From: Endomicrobiales bacterium
GTDB lineage: Bacteria > Elusimicrobiota > Endomicrobiia > Endomicrobiales > JALOBY01
Length of the DNA: 64,000 nt
Reading direction: 5' to 3'
NCBI GenBank assembly: GCA_963796955.1
Contig: CAWCNJ010000008.1
Location: forward strand, 288,001 to 352,000
Position 1 is the stretch's first letter; each line of letters opens with the position of its first letter. Both the position numbers and the translations under genes were made by a program. The notes under the pieces were generated by a model. It did no database searches. It saw only the letters and a program-made list of their open reading frames with translations, and was not told the DNA's origin. Of the stretch, positions 18,701 through 29,606 are shown piece after piece.

Positions 18701-21700
18701 ATATACGTGGCGCGTTAACGTGCAGGATTGGGCGAACAACTACACAACATCAACACTGAAATACAGCGTGGTGATAGATTCCTCGCCACCGCCTCCGGTA
18801 ACAACGATATCAACTCCGTCTGACGACTCTGCCTCCAATGTGCAGCTCCAAACTTTCAACTGGACAGGTGTTGTCTCATTACCCGCCCCAACCAAGGCGT
18901 ATTTTCTGCAGGTTTCAACGGCGCCGGATTTCTCGGTCATCAACTATTCATCAGCTACTGCAACAAATAGCGCGCAGTTGACACTTAATCAGTCATCCTA
19001 TACCTGGCGCGTGAATGTGCAGGATTACGCGTTGAATTACACGACGAGCCCGGCAGTCTTTCATGTGATCGTCGATACTACGCAACCGGCACAGGTGACA
19101 AATTATATTGCTCCGGGCAACCAGGTGTTCAGTTCAACTACATCCACTACGTTTTCCTGGTCGGCCTCCACCGACACGCCTGCCGGCATTAAAAATTACA
19201 TCCTTCAGCTGTCGACGGCACCGGATTTCAGCGGCACGATCATATCTTCAACGACGCCGGCCTTAAGCGCCCAGATGTCTCTGAGCCAGTCGTCTTATAC
19301 CTGGCGCGTAAACGCCCAGGACTGGGCTAACAACTACACAACCTCGACCTTAAAATACAGCGTCGTTATCGACTCATCACCTCCGCCGCAGATAACTACG
19401 TTATCTACGCCGTCGAACGGCCTGGCGACAAACACCCAGACACAGACCTTCAGCTGGGTGGGTGTGGCATCTTTCCCTGCGCCGATACAAAACTATATAC
19501 TGCAGCTGTCAACTGCGGCTAATTTTACGGGTACGATAATCTCATCTGTTACCGCTGCGACAAGCGCCGTGCTCACGCTTAACCAGTCGTCTTACACCTG
19601 GCGAGTTAACGTGCAGGACTACGCCCTGAATTACACTACCAGCGCAGCGACCTTCAACCTTGTTATCGACACAACACCGCCGCCGGCGGTTTCTACATTA
19701 CTGGGTCCTTCGCCGGACGGCCTTGCCTCAGCCACTACTACGCAGGTGTTCTCCTGGACGGGAGTGACGGATACGCCTGCGCTGGTTAAAAACTATATCG
19801 TTCAAGTTTCGACCGCGGGGGATTTCTCTAAGATCGCATATTCCTCAGTAACCGCGAACACCAGTGCCACGATCGCGCTTATCCAGTCTTCGTACACCTG
19901 GCGTGTGAATGTTCAGGATTATGCCTTGAATTACACAACCTCACCCTCCGTTTATCATATCGTTATAGATACGACGCCGCCACCGGCCGTATCCACGCTC
20001 AATGGCCCTGCTAACAATGTTCCAGTTAACAACCTTAACCAAACATTCTCCTGGACCGGCGTAACAGATCTTCCGTCGATGTTGAAGAATTACATAGTGC
20101 AGCTTTCGACTGCGTCTGATTTCTCCAAGATAGCCTACTCATCCGTAACCGCGCTCAACAACGCGACTATCAGCCTGAACCAATCCTCCTACACCTGGCG
20201 CGTAAATGTGCAGGACTATGCCCTGAACTACACCACTTCATCCGCCGTATTCTTTGTGCTGGTTGATACCACCCTGCCCGTTATTACGAATTTGCAGGCA
20301 GGGGACGCAACGTGGCGAAGCGCTCCTGGCAACACCTACAACGTCCAATTTGGCGACCAGGGCTTCGCTCAGTCAAAGCTTAATTCCATCCAGTACGAAG
20401 TTATCACCGCTACCGGCTTTACGGCTATCCCCTGGACTGACATAGCCGCGCCGCCCATCAACCAGCCGACATATGTAACGCCGTGGCAAGTGAACTTTAA
20501 CGCCCTGGTAGAGGCGGTTACTAATTTCGTCTCCATTCGCGCGACGGATTTGGCGGGCAATACGTCAACGTATACCAACGCCTTCTACGTGCTGAAAGAT
20601 GTGTCCGTGCCGAGTATCGTGGACAATCAATTCGGTGATACCATCTGGCGCAACGCCGCGGGCGCCACATATGACCTGGATTTCTTTGATAACGGCGGAT
20701 CGGGCATCGACCATGTAAATTACAGCGACACATACTATGTGAACAATACTCCCGGCGCCTCAGTCTTTACGAATCGCACACTCATATCGCAGGCAACCCT
20801 GAACGCGACCACTTCGTACATCACCACATGGCAGATACCCGATTTCAATCTGCTGTTGGAAGGGAAAAACTTTATCGGCGTTACCGTCTATGACCGTGCG
20901 GGCTTAAGCCAGACGCTGTCAAGCTATCCGGAACCTTTCTACATTTTAAAAGATACAACGGCGCCGACGATAATAAACGGGCAGGCCGGCGACAACACAT
21001 GGCGGCCAGCCAACACAGGTCAGTACAATGTTGACTTTCAGGATGCCTCAAGCGGTTCGGGCGTTGCGGGCTTTGATATGCTGGCTTCCACCGTCGCGGG
21101 AGGCACGCAATCCCTGTTAATACCCTGGACGCAGGTGCTCTCAACCAACACCTACCTCTATACACAGTCGTGGCCCATTCCAGACGCGGTATTTACCGCG
21201 CTTCGCTCAGGCCACGAGCCGAACCGCATATCGCTGCGCACCTACGATTTTGCAGCTAACACCTCTGCGGTAACAACAGATGCCTTTTATATCCTGAAAG
21301 ACACGATCCCACCGACCATGTCTAACAACCAGGCAGGAGATAACACCTGGCGGACACTGGGCGGCACAACGTACAACGTCGGCTTTGCCGATGCTGAATC
21401 GTGGGCTGCTGGAGCGCGCTACACCGTGCGCAACGGGCCGACGACCGGAGACACGGAATGGGCGCCCAGCTGGCAGCCGATCTTCTCTTCGACCGGAACA
21501 CCGTCCTATAACACGAACTGGCAGCTAGACTTTAATAGCTTATGGGGAGCCACTAACTATGTATTCGTTCAATACTGGGATGTGGCCGGAACAACAATAA
21601 CACCGACAACGCCTGTCTTCTATATTAAAAAAGACAATGTCGCTCCGACGGTACAGAACAATCAATCCGGAGATAACACGTGGCGCAATGCGCCGGGAAC

Positions 21701-24700
21701 CGCCTACGACGTAGACTTCCAGGACTCCATATCAGGCGTTTCTCAGGCAGACTATATGGTGAAAGACGCTGTCGGCAACACCGTGATCCCCTGGACAAAT
21801 ATATTTACAAACCCGGCAGGGCAAGCGTCATACACCACCAACTGGGCCTTATCCGTCGCCACCTTTACCGCGCTGCTTGATGGCGCATCGAACTTTGTGT
21901 ATGTGCGGGACTACGACGTCGCCGGAAACCTTACGGCGCCCGTCAATCCGCAATTTTATATCCTTAAAGATACAGACCTGCCGACGGTGCAACTTGGCGC
22001 CCAACGATACTTCATGTCCTCACACGATCTTGGCCTGCAAAACTATCCTGATTTCTTCGATCCAAAAAACAGCCGAACACCGGGGGCGTCCGGCCTTGCC
22101 TCTATACAGTATTACATATCTACCGGTACCGCGATGACCGGCACTGCGGTTGAGAACTGGACATCTATAGCGGGACTTACCCCCGGGACCACCTGGTTTA
22201 CCAACCAGTGGTCGGTCAACTTCGCCCCTCTGCCCGGAGCGACGACATGCTACGTTTCTGTTCAGGCTACCGATCTTGCCGGGAACACAACGATCTTTAT
22301 GGATGCCTTCAGGGTTTTCAAATCAACGATCCCGGCCCCTGTGATCACCGACAACCAGACCGGGGATTATACCTGGTATACCTCTTCAAATTCATTCACT
22401 ACCAAGCAATATGATGTCGATTTTCGATCCTTCGATAACGATAACATTTCATCTGTCACCGTTCAGTCTTGGAGCGGACTGGCACAGACTGGCTCTAAGT
22501 ACGTTGACTGGACCGCCGTTGTTTCCACCGGTACGGTATTGTCCTACACCCAGAACTGGACATTGACACCCGCACCCTTCACCGGCTTTGCACCGGAATA
22601 TATCTGGAACCTGCTGCATGAAGGCACCAACTACATCACTGTCCAAGCATACGATATGGCCTTGGACTCCAGCACTAAGCAAGATGCCTTCTTTGTCCTG
22701 AAAGACACCAACGGCCCAACGATCACCAACAACCAGTCAGGCGATCTTACTTGGCGCAACGCGGTCGGTACTACCTATAACGTCGATTTCCAGGATTTGA
22801 TATCGGGCACGACCGAGGCGGATTATCTTATTAAAGATGGTTCAGGCAACCAGCTCCTCGGCTGGACCCCGGTATTCACTAATTCGGGCGGTGTGGGAAG
22901 CTACACCACGGACTGGCCGATATCGGCCGGGGCCTTCACTGCACTGCCCGACGGTTCCACCGGGTACGTTTACCTGCGCTCGTTCGATAAGGCCGGCAAT
23001 GCAACCACGAATCTCACACCGTCCTTCTACATCCTGAAAGACACAGACACACCGTTCATCAACGTAGCCGCCCAGAAGTACTACATGTCTTCGCACGACT
23101 TCAGCCTCAAGAACTATGCCGGCTTCTTTGACCCTAAGAACAGCTATACGCCCGGCGCTTCAGGATTGAACACGATCCAGTATTTTATTTCTACCGGCAC
23201 AGCCATGACCGGAACACCGGTTAAGAACTGGACGACTATCCCCGGCTTAACGGTGGGGACAACGTGGTTCACTAATAACTGGCAGATCGATTTCGCCTCC
23301 CTGCCAGGCGCGGTGACCTGCTACGTTTCGCTTTCCGCCGCTGACCTTGCAGGCAACACCTCAACTTTTGTTGACGCCTTCAGGGTCTTTAAGTCCACTA
23401 TAGCCGCACCGGTGATTACCGATAACCAGACCGGCGATTACACCTGGTATACCTCTTCAAATTCATTTACCGCCAAGCAATATGACGTCGATTTCCAATC
23501 CTTCGATAACGACTACATTTCATCCGTTACCGTTCAAGCTTGGAGCGGCCTTGCACAAAGCGGCTCTAAATATGTTGACTGGACCGCCGTTGTTTCTACC
23601 GGCACCGTATTGTCTTATACCCAGAACTGGGCGTTGTCGCCCGCACCCTTCACCGGCCTTGCGCCTGAATACCTCTGGAACCTGCTGCATGAAGGCACCA
23701 ATTACATCACCGTCCAGGCATACGATATGGCCTTGGATTCCACCACGAAACAAGATGCCTTCTTCGTCTTGAAAGACACCAACGGCCCAACGATCACCAA
23801 CAACCAGTCAGGCGACAACACCTGGCGCAATACGGTCGGCACTACCTATAACGTTGATTTCCAGGACTTGATATCAGGTACCACTGAAGCTGATTACATG
23901 ATCAAAGACGGCTCCAATAATCAACTCCTCGGCTGGACCCCGGTATTCACTAATGCCGGCGGTGTGGGAAGCTACACCACGGACTGGCCGATATCGGCCG
24001 GCGCCTTCACCGCACTACCGGACGGTTCGACCGGCTACGTTTACCTGCGCTCGTTCGATAAGGCCGGCAATGCAACCACGAATCTCACACCGTCCTTCTA
24101 CATCCTGAAAGACACAGACACACCGTTCATCAACGTAGCCGCCCAGAAGTACTACATGTCCTCGCACGACTTCAGCCTTAAGAACTATGCTACCTTCTTT
24201 GACCCTAAGAATAGCTTTACACCCGGCGCTTCCGGTTTGAACGCTATCCAATACTTTATCTCCACCGGCACCGCCATGACAGGCACACCGGTGAAGAACT
24301 GGACAACCATACCAGGCCTAACGGTGGGAACAACATGGTTTACAAATAACTGGCAAATAGACTTCGCTGCCCTGCCGGGCGCTGTTACCTGCTACGTATC
24401 TGTCTCAGCCGCCGATCTTGCCGGCAACACCTCAACCTTCGTTGATGCCTTCAGGGTCTTTAAGTCCACTATAGCCGCACCGGTGATCACCGACAACCAA
24501 TCTGGCGATTACACATGGTACACCTCTTCAAATTCATTCACCGCCAAGCAATACGATGTCGATTTCCAATCCTTCGACAACGACTACATTTCATCCGTTA
24601 CCGTCCAAGCCTGGAGCGGCCTTGCACAAAGCGGCTCTAAATATGTTGACTGGACCGCCGTTGTTTCTACCGGCACCGTATTGTCTTATACCCAGAACTG

Positions 24701-27700
24701 GGCGTTGTCGCCCGCACCCTTCACCGGCCTTGCGCCTGAATACCTCTGGAACCTGCTGCATGAAGGCACCAACTACATCACTGTCCAAGCATACGATATG
24801 GCCTTGGATTCCAGCACTAAGCAGGATGCCTTCTTCGTCCTGAAGGACACCAACGGCCCAACGATCACCAACAACCAGTCAGGCGACAACACCTGGCGCA
24901 ATACGGTCGGTACTACCTATAACGTTGATTTCCAGGACTTGATATCAGGTACCACTGAAGCTGATTACATGATCAAAGACGGCTCCAATAATCAACTCCT
25001 CGGCTGGACCCCGGTTTTCACTAATTCGGGCGGGGTGGGAAGCTACACCACGGACTGGCCGATATCGGCCGGGGCCTTCACTGCACTGCCCGACGGTTCC
25101 ACCGGGTACGTTTACCTGCGCTCGTTCGATAAGGCCGGCAATGCAACCACGAATCTCACACCGTCCTTCTACATCCTGAAAGACACAGACACGCCGTTCA
25201 TCAACGTAGCCGCCCAGAAGTACTACATGTCCTCGCACGACTTCAGCCTTAAGAACTATGCTACCTTCTTTGACCCTAAGAATAGCTTTACACCCGGCGC
25301 TTCCGGTTTGAACGCTATCCAATACTTTATCTCCACCGGCACCGCCATGACAGGCACACCGGTGAAGAACTGGACAACCATACCAGGCCTAACGGTGGGA
25401 ACAACATGGTTTACAAATAACTGGCAAATAGACTTCGCTGCCCTGCCGGGCGCTGTTACCTGCTACGTATCTGTCTCAGCCGCCGATCTTGCCGGCAACA
25501 CCTCAACCTTCGTTGATGCCTTCAGGGTCTTTAAGTCCACTATAGCCGCACCGGTGATTACCGATAACCAGACCGGCGATTACACCTGGTATACCTCTTC
25601 AAATTCATTTACCGCCAAGCAATATGACGTCGATTTCCAATCCTTCGATAACGACTACATTTCATCCGTTACCGTTCAAGCTTGGAGCGGCCTTGCACAA
25701 AGCGGCTCTAAATATGTTGACTGGACCGCCGTTGTTTCTACCGGCACCGTATTGTCTTATACCCAGAACTGGGCGTTGTCGCCCGCACCCTTCACCGGCC
25801 TTGCGCCTGAATACCTCTGGAACCTGCTGCATGAAGGCACCAATTACATCACCGTCCAGGCATACGATATGGCCTTGGATTCCACCACGAAACAAGATGC
25901 CTTCTTCGTCTTGAAAGATACCAACGGCCCAACGATCACCAACAACCAGTCAGGCGACAACACCTGGCGCAACGCGGTCGGCACTGTTTACAACGTCGAT
26001 TTCCAAGACCTGATATCGGGCACGACCGAGGCTGATTATCTTATTAAAGACGGTTCAGGCAACCAGCTCTTCGGCTGGACACCGGTATTCACTAATGCCG
26101 GCGGTGTGGGAAGCTACACCACGGACTGGCCGATATCGGCCGGCGCCTTCGCCGCCCTGCCTGACGGCTCGACAGGATATGTGTACCTGCGCTCGTTCGA
26201 TAAGGCCGGCAATGTTACCACCAACGCCTTGCCTTCCTTCTACATACTTAAGGACACTGATGTACCGACCGTTCAAGTAAATGGTCAAACATTTTTCCAG
26301 GGCGCCTACCAATTCGGCGCAATACACGACGTGGATTTCTTTGACCCGAAAAACAGCAACACACCGGGGGCATCTGGCCTTAGTTCTATCCAATACTTCA
26401 TTTCCACCGGGCCTGCCATGACAGGAACGGTCATGAAGAATTGGACGTCTATCCCTGGCTTAGTAACAGGCAGCACGTTTTACACAACAAACTGGGCAAT
26501 AGATTACACCGCTCTAACGCAGCTGGTCACCGGATACGTATCGGTACAAGCGGTCGACCAGGCAGGCAATACTACAACGTACCTGGACGCCTTCCGGGTA
26601 TTAAAAACCACCGCGACCGCACCCTTGATATCCAATAACCAGACAGGGGATTTCAAATGGTATGGCTCATCAACAGCCATGCTTTCATCAACCTACAATA
26701 TGAGCTTCCAGTCGATAGCGGGCCCCGCTGTATATATCTCGTCGGTTTCTGTTCAGATATACAGCAAACCCGGAAGTTCAGGCACAAAACTGGTGGATTG
26801 GACAACCGTTGTTTCCACAGGCAATGTATTAACATATTCTGTCCCGTGGCAGTTGAAACCGTCAACATGGACAACCCAGCCCGATTATTTCTGGAATTTG
26901 ATGCAAGAAGGTACAAACTATATTTCTGTACAGGTGCTGGACATCAATGCGGATTCTGCAACGGCAACAGATGCATTTTTTATTCGAAAAGACACAACAA
27001 CTCCCGGCATTATAAACAATCAAACAGGCGACAACGTCTGGCGCAACACAGCTGCGGCGGTATACGACGTCGATATAAATGACCTTACGTCAGGAACCAC
27101 TGAGGCTGATTACAAAATAATGGACGCTTCCAAAGTCACTACATTGGTTGACTGGACCCCGTTCTTAACCAACCCCACAGGCGTTAAATCGCAAACCGCG
27201 AATTGGGGAATAAACCCTGCTGATTTTGCCCAGCTACCAAGCGGCGCCACAAGCTATGTTTATGTTCGGGCCTTCGACCTGGCAGGCAATACCACGCAGC
27301 CTATCAACGCACAGTTTTATATTCTGAAGGACACAAATGTACCGACAGTGTCGGTAAACGCTTCAAACTACTACCTCTCGTCGCGTGACTTTGGAACTCA
27401 GAACTATGCCGGTTTCTATGACCCGCTGGTACAGGGCAGAACACCTGGCGCGTCAGGGTTGAACGCTATCCAATACTTTATCTCTACCGGCACCGCGATG
27501 ACCGGCACGCCGGTTAAGAACTGGACGGCAATACCCGGCTTAACGGTGGGGACAACGTGGTTCACTAATAACTGGCAGATCGATTTCGCCTCCCTGCCAG
27601 GCGCGGTGACCTGCTACGTTTCGCTTTCCGCCGCTGACCTTGCAGGCAACACCTCAACTTTTGTTGACGCCTTCAGGGTCTTTAAGTCCACTATAGCCGC

Positions 27701-29606
27701 ACCGGTGATCACCGACAACCAATCTGGCGATTACACCTGGTACACCTCTTCAAATTCATTTACCGCCAAGCAATATGACGTCGATTTCCAATCCTTCGAC
27801 AACGACTACATTTCATCCGTTACCGTCCAAGCCTGGAGCGGCCTTGCACAAAGCGGCTCTAAATATGTTGACTGGACCGCCGTTGTTTCTACCGGCACCG
27901 TATTATCTTACACCCAGAACTGGGCGTTGTCGCCCGCGCCCTTCACCGGCCTTGCGCCGGAATATATCTGGAACCTGCTGCATGAAGGCACCAACTACAT
28001 CACTGTCCAAGCATACGATATGGCCTTGGATTCCAGCACTAAGCAGGATGCCTTCTTTGTCCTGAAAGACACCAACGGCCCAACGATCACCAACAACCAG
28101 TCAGGCGACAATACCTGGCGCAACGTCGTCGGCACTGTGTATAACGTCGATTTCCAGGACTTGATATCGGGCACGACCGAGGCGGATTATCTTATTAAAG
28201 ACGGTTCAGGCAACCAGCTCTTCGGCTGGACCCCGGTATTCACTAATGCCGGCGGTGTGGGAAGCTACACCACGGACTGGCCGATATCGGCCGGGGCCTT
28301 CACTGCACTGCCCGACGGTTCCACCGGGTACGTCTACCTGCGCTCGTTCGATAAGGCCGGCAATGCTACCACGAATCTCACACCATCCTTCTACATCCTG
28401 AAAGACACAGACACGCCGTTCATCAACGTAGCCGCCCAGAAGTACTACATGTCCTCGCACGACTTCAGCCTTAAGAACTATGCTACCTTCTTTGACCCGA
28501 AGAATAGCTTTACACCCGGCGTTTCCGGTTTGAACGCTATCCAATACTTTATCTCTACCGGCACCGCGATGACCGGCACGCCGGTTAAGAACTGGACGGC
28601 TATCCCCGGCTTAACGGTGGGGACAACATGGTTCACTAATAACTGGCAGATCGATTTCGCCTCCCTGCCGGGCGCAGTGACCTGCTACGTTTCGCTTTCC
28701 GCAGCTGACCTTGCAGGCAACACCTCAACTTTTGTTGACGCCTTCAGGGTCTTTAAGTCCACTATAGCCGCACCGGTGATTACCGATAACCAGACCGGCG
28801 ATTACACCTGGTACACCTCTTCAAATTCATTTACCGCCAAGCAATATGACGTTGATCTCCAGTCCTTCGATAACGACTACATTTCATCCGTTACCGTCCA
28901 AGCCTGGAGCGGCCTTGCCCAAAGCGGCTCTAAATATGTTGACTGGACCGCCGTTGTTTCTACCGGCACCGTATTATCTTACACCCAGAACTGGGCGTTG
29001 TCGCCCGCACCCTTCACCGGCCTTGCGCCTGAATACATCTGGAACCTGCTGCATGAAGGCACCAACTACATCACTGTCCAAGCATACGATATGGCCCTGG
29101 ATTCCAGCACTAAACAGGATGCCTTCTTTGTCCTGAAAGACACCAACGGCCCAACGATCACCAACAACCAGTCAGGCGACAACACCTGGCGCAATACGTT
29201 CGGCACAACCTACAATGTTGATTTCCAAGACTTAATATCGGGCACGACCGAGGCGGATTATCTTATTAAAGACGGTTCAGGCAACCAGCTCTTCGGCTGG
29301 ACCCCGGTATTCACTAATTCGGGCGGCGTGGGAAGCTACACCACAGACTGGCCGATATCGGCTGGCGCCTTCGCCGCCCTGCCCGACGGTTCCACCGGGT
29401 ACGTCTACCTGCGCTCGTTCGACAAGGCCGGCAATGCTACCACAAATCTCACACCATCATTCTTTATCTTGAAAGATACCGATGCACCAACGGTAACGGT
29501 CGCGGCGCTAAATACTACATGTCATCGCATGATCTGGGACTTAAGAACTACACGAACTTCTATGATCCGCTGGTCGCCGGAAGGTCCCCGGGTGCTTCCG
29601 GCCTGA
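15744..29606 (+). CDS. Fragment 1 of the giant gene: S24/S26 peptidase, internal signal peptide and repeat domains
   Basis: GGSMRP..GDIVIY..HRV; KHRASRILSVAAVLTIAYCLLPLTSQA; reading leaves the repeat consensus after ~29509. Confidence 0.8.
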   Translation: MSDTKVFLATGGSMRPLFSSGEPVWAVPISNSEALRPGDIVIYTRARAKFMHRVLSVSGDTCTVFSDSAVCQPHTISVNSIIAKPISRMQGTHGLLWGLACNAFYQVSRFLKHRASRILSVAAVLTIAYCLLPLTSQAYTRVKTVEFNFGGYYSATNVASWTPPYVTINLPDAIASSPIKDAVLDIQYQSIPAVTNKDSPTTAIDVLFSTGNAAGGAAIDGIGTGVTMPTSSRKNDIMCLRFDATSKMTAWSNTPYSMKITLTGSNGILYNLYSAKLFITYYYDDTATTQVKTVHFPLFSTSADGKSGVASYLAQRGNTTSALYYDAEIPEISFTRKQAWFEVRGYRQSGGSATDGTIYAKIGANAKQGTTTLDGSMTGSYWIRYLTSTGTPAGFAENTYQTLNVVTATNATMNVLGGELVETYEYNATTFPQEKTLNYFLCQSTGGASDPANFTVPLYINESTVTIKRIYALMYGSYNNTGAALNLTVNSKIKGQALTARTYSLATTVTQASGFVLYHDLTQGATWWVNGSSVTLSWNANANLGGIGAELIVTYTYNNDDSFTDSYRIWGGETTNQVTNGTYYNSNLNLYFPDPEVPTGKKTLRSAFFRYNFIQGDSAVTANPQTTIGVNGSVPDRQVVQHYGTTENFHAVALYDFTKNITPASTTVAGNFTLSNDPFNTAGIASVIYEYKPVPVAPSALTQYQNDDVTIMPLGDWENLQGKHLRFTFSSKITGDSLYPVVEVKPAAGSFDGITNLSTGTVQTYNGSSLSADIFISTGQGAYQWRASVVGSAGRSAWTNFGAPGTTHFGIDLSTPAIPVLATPSSGTATSDQTPTLTWNALTDTGGSGLSGYLLQIATSTNFNPVFYSSITANTSFTSTFTWTQAPYYWRTRSQDAAGNFSAYSDTWTIIIDSTPPLQVTTYLAPANQAFSSSTIQTFSWASSTDTPAGVQNYILQLSTAADFSAIAYSSVTVSTGAVMNITQSSYTWRVNVQDWANNYTTSTLKYSVVIDSSPPPPVTTISTPSDDSASNVQLQTFNWTGVVSLPAPTKAYFLQVSTAPDFSVINYSSATATNSAQLTLNQSSYTWRVNVQDYALNYTTSPAVFHVIVDTTQPAQVTNYIAPGNQVFSSTTSTTFSWSASTDTPAGIKNYILQLSTAPDFSGTIISSTTPALSAQMSLSQSSYTWRVNAQDWANNYTTSTLKYSVVIDSSPPPQITTLSTPSNGLATNTQTQTFSWVGVASFPAPIQNYILQLSTAANFTGTIISSVTAATSAVLTLNQSSYTWRVNVQDYALNYTTSAATFNLVIDTTPPPAVSTLLGPSPDGLASATTTQVFSWTGVTDTPALVKNYIVQVSTAGDFSKIAYSSVTANTSATIALIQSSYTWRVNVQDYALNYTTSPSVYHIVIDTTPPPAVSTLNGPANNVPVNNLNQTFSWTGVTDLPSMLKNYIVQLSTASDFSKIAYSSVTALNNATISLNQSSYTWRVNVQDYALNYTTSSAVFFVLVDTTLPVITNLQAGDATWRSAPGNTYNVQFGDQGFAQSKLNSIQYEVITATGFTAIPWTDIAAPPINQPTYVTPWQVNFNALVEAVTNFVSIRATDLAGNTSTYTNAFYVLKDVSVPSIVDNQFGDTIWRNAAGATYDLDFFDNGGSGIDHVNYSDTYYVNNTPGASVFTNRTLISQATLNATTSYITTWQIPDFNLLLEGKNFIGVTVYDRAGLSQTLSSYPEPFYILKDTTAPTIINGQAGDNTWRPANTGQYNVDFQDASSGSGVAGFDMLASTVAGGTQSLLIPWTQVLSTNTYLYTQSWPIPDAVFTALRSGHEPNRISLRTYDFAANTSAVTTDAFYILKDTIPPTMSNNQAGDNTWRTLGGTTYNVGFADAESWAAGARYTVRNGPTTGDTEWAPSWQPIFSSTGTPSYNTNWQLDFNSLWGATNYVFVQYWDVAGTTITPTTPVFYIKKDNVAPTVQNNQSGDNTWRNAPGTAYDVDFQDSISGVSQADYMVKDAVGNTVIPWTNIFTNPAGQASYTTNWALSVATFTALLDGASNFVYVRDYDVAGNLTAPVNPQFYILKDTDLPTVQLGAQRYFMSSHDLGLQNYPDFFDPKNSRTPGASGLASIQYYISTGTAMTGTAVENWTSIAGLTPGTTWFTNQWSVNFAPLPGATTCYVSVQATDLAGNTTIFMDAFRVFKSTIPAPVITDNQTGDYTWYTSSNSFTTKQYDVDFRSFDNDNISSVTVQSWSGLAQTGSKYVDWTAVVSTGTVLSYTQNWTLTPAPFTGFAPEYIWNLLHEGTNYITVQAYDMALDSSTKQDAFFVLKDTNGPTITNNQSGDLTWRNAVGTTYNVDFQDLISGTTEADYLIKDGSGNQLLGWTPVFTNSGGVGSYTTDWPISAGAFTALPDGSTGYVYLRSFDKAGNATTNLTPSFYILKDTDTPFINVAAQKYYMSSHDFSLKNYAGFFDPKNSYTPGASGLNTIQYFISTGTAMTGTPVKNWTTIPGLTVGTTWFTNNWQIDFASLPGAVTCYVSLSAADLAGNTSTFVDAFRVFKSTIAAPVITDNQTGDYTWYTSSNSFTAKQYDVDFQSFDNDYISSVTVQAWSGLAQSGSKYVDWTAVVSTGTVLSYTQNWALSPAPFTGLAPEYLWNLLHEGTNYITVQAYDMALDSTTKQDAFFVLKDTNGPTITNNQSGDNTWRNTVGTTYNVDFQDLISGTTEADYMIKDGSNNQLLGWTPVFTNAGGVGSYTTDWPISAGAFTALPDGSTGYVYLRSFDKAGNATTNLTPSFYILKDTDTPFINVAAQKYYMSSHDFSLKNYATFFDPKNSFTPGASGLNAIQYFISTGTAMTGTPVKNWTTIPGLTVGTTWFTNNWQIDFAALPGAVTCYVSVSAADLAGNTSTFVDAFRVFKSTIAAPVITDNQSGDYTWYTSSNSFTAKQYDVDFQSFDNDYISSVTVQAWSGLAQSGSKYVDWTAVVSTGTVLSYTQNWALSPAPFTGLAPEYLWNLLHEGTNYITVQAYDMALDSSTKQDAFFVLKDTNGPTITNNQSGDNTWRNTVGTTYNVDFQDLISGTTEADYMIKDGSNNQLLGWTPVFTNSGGVGSYTTDWPISAGAFTALPDGSTGYVYLRSFDKAGNATTNLTPSFYILKDTDTPFINVAAQKYYMSSHDFSLKNYATFFDPKNSFTPGASGLNAIQYFISTGTAMTGTPVKNWTTIPGLTVGTTWFTNNWQIDFAALPGAVTCYVSVSAADLAGNTSTFVDAFRVFKSTIAAPVITDNQTGDYTWYTSSNSFTAKQYDVDFQSFDNDYISSVTVQAWSGLAQSGSKYVDWTAVVSTGTVLSYTQNWALSPAPFTGLAPEYLWNLLHEGTNYITVQAYDMALDSTTKQDAFFVLKDTNGPTITNNQSGDNTWRNAVGTVYNVDFQDLISGTTEADYLIKDGSGNQLFGWTPVFTNAGGVGSYTTDWPISAGAFAALPDGSTGYVYLRSFDKAGNVTTNALPSFYILKDTDVPTVQVNGQTFFQGAYQFGAIHDVDFFDPKNSNTPGASGLSSIQYFISTGPAMTGTVMKNWTSIPGLVTGSTFYTTNWAIDYTALTQLVTGYVSVQAVDQAGNTTTYLDAFRVLKTTATAPLISNNQTGDFKWYGSSTAMLSSTYNMSFQSIAGPAVYISSVSVQIYSKPGSSGTKLVDWTTVVSTGNVLTYSVPWQLKPSTWTTQPDYFWNLMQEGTNYISVQVLDINADSATATDAFFIRKDTTTPGIINNQTGDNVWRNTAAAVYDVDINDLTSGTTEADYKIMDASKVTTLVDWTPFLTNPTGVKSQTANWGINPADFAQLPSGATSYVYVRAFDLAGNTTQPINAQFYILKDTNVPTVSVNASNYYLSSRDFGTQNYAGFYDPLVQGRTPGASGLNAIQYFISTGTAMTGTPVKNWTAIPGLTVGTTWFTNNWQIDFASLPGAVTCYVSLSAADLAGNTSTFVDAFRVFKSTIAAPVITDNQSGDYTWYTSSNSFTAKQYDVDFQSFDNDYISSVTVQAWSGLAQSGSKYVDWTAVVSTGTVLSYTQNWALSPAPFTGLAPEYIWNLLHEGTNYITVQAYDMALDSSTKQDAFFVLKDTNGPTITNNQSGDNTWRNVVGTVYNVDFQDLISGTTEADYLIKDGSGNQLFGWTPVFTNAGGVGSYTTDWPISAGAFTALPDGSTGYVYLRSFDKAGNATTNLTPSFYILKDTDTPFINVAAQKYYMSSHDFSLKNYATFFDPKNSFTPGVSGLNAIQYFISTGTAMTGTPVKNWTAIPGLTVGTTWFTNNWQIDFASLPGAVTCYVSLSAADLAGNTSTFVDAFRVFKSTIAAPVITDNQTGDYTWYTSSNSFTAKQYDVDLQSFDNDYISSVTVQAWSGLAQSGSKYVDWTAVVSTGTVLSYTQNWALSPAPFTGLAPEYIWNLLHEGTNYITVQAYDMALDSSTKQDAFFVLKDTNGPTITNNQSGDNTWRNTFGTTYNVDFQDLISGTTEADYLIKDGSGNQLFGWTPVFTNSGGVGSYTTDWPISAGAFAALPDGSTGYVYLRSFDKAGNATTNLTPSFFILKDTDAPTVTVAALNTTCHRMIWDLRTTRTSMIRWSPEGPRVLPA

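Noticed and set aside
22208..29136. Recurrent small alternative-frame and antisense ORFs (MTSISNPS.., MDSVQTG.., MFRGGIQG..)
   Set aside because: They recur only because the underlying 1071-bp coding repeat recurs
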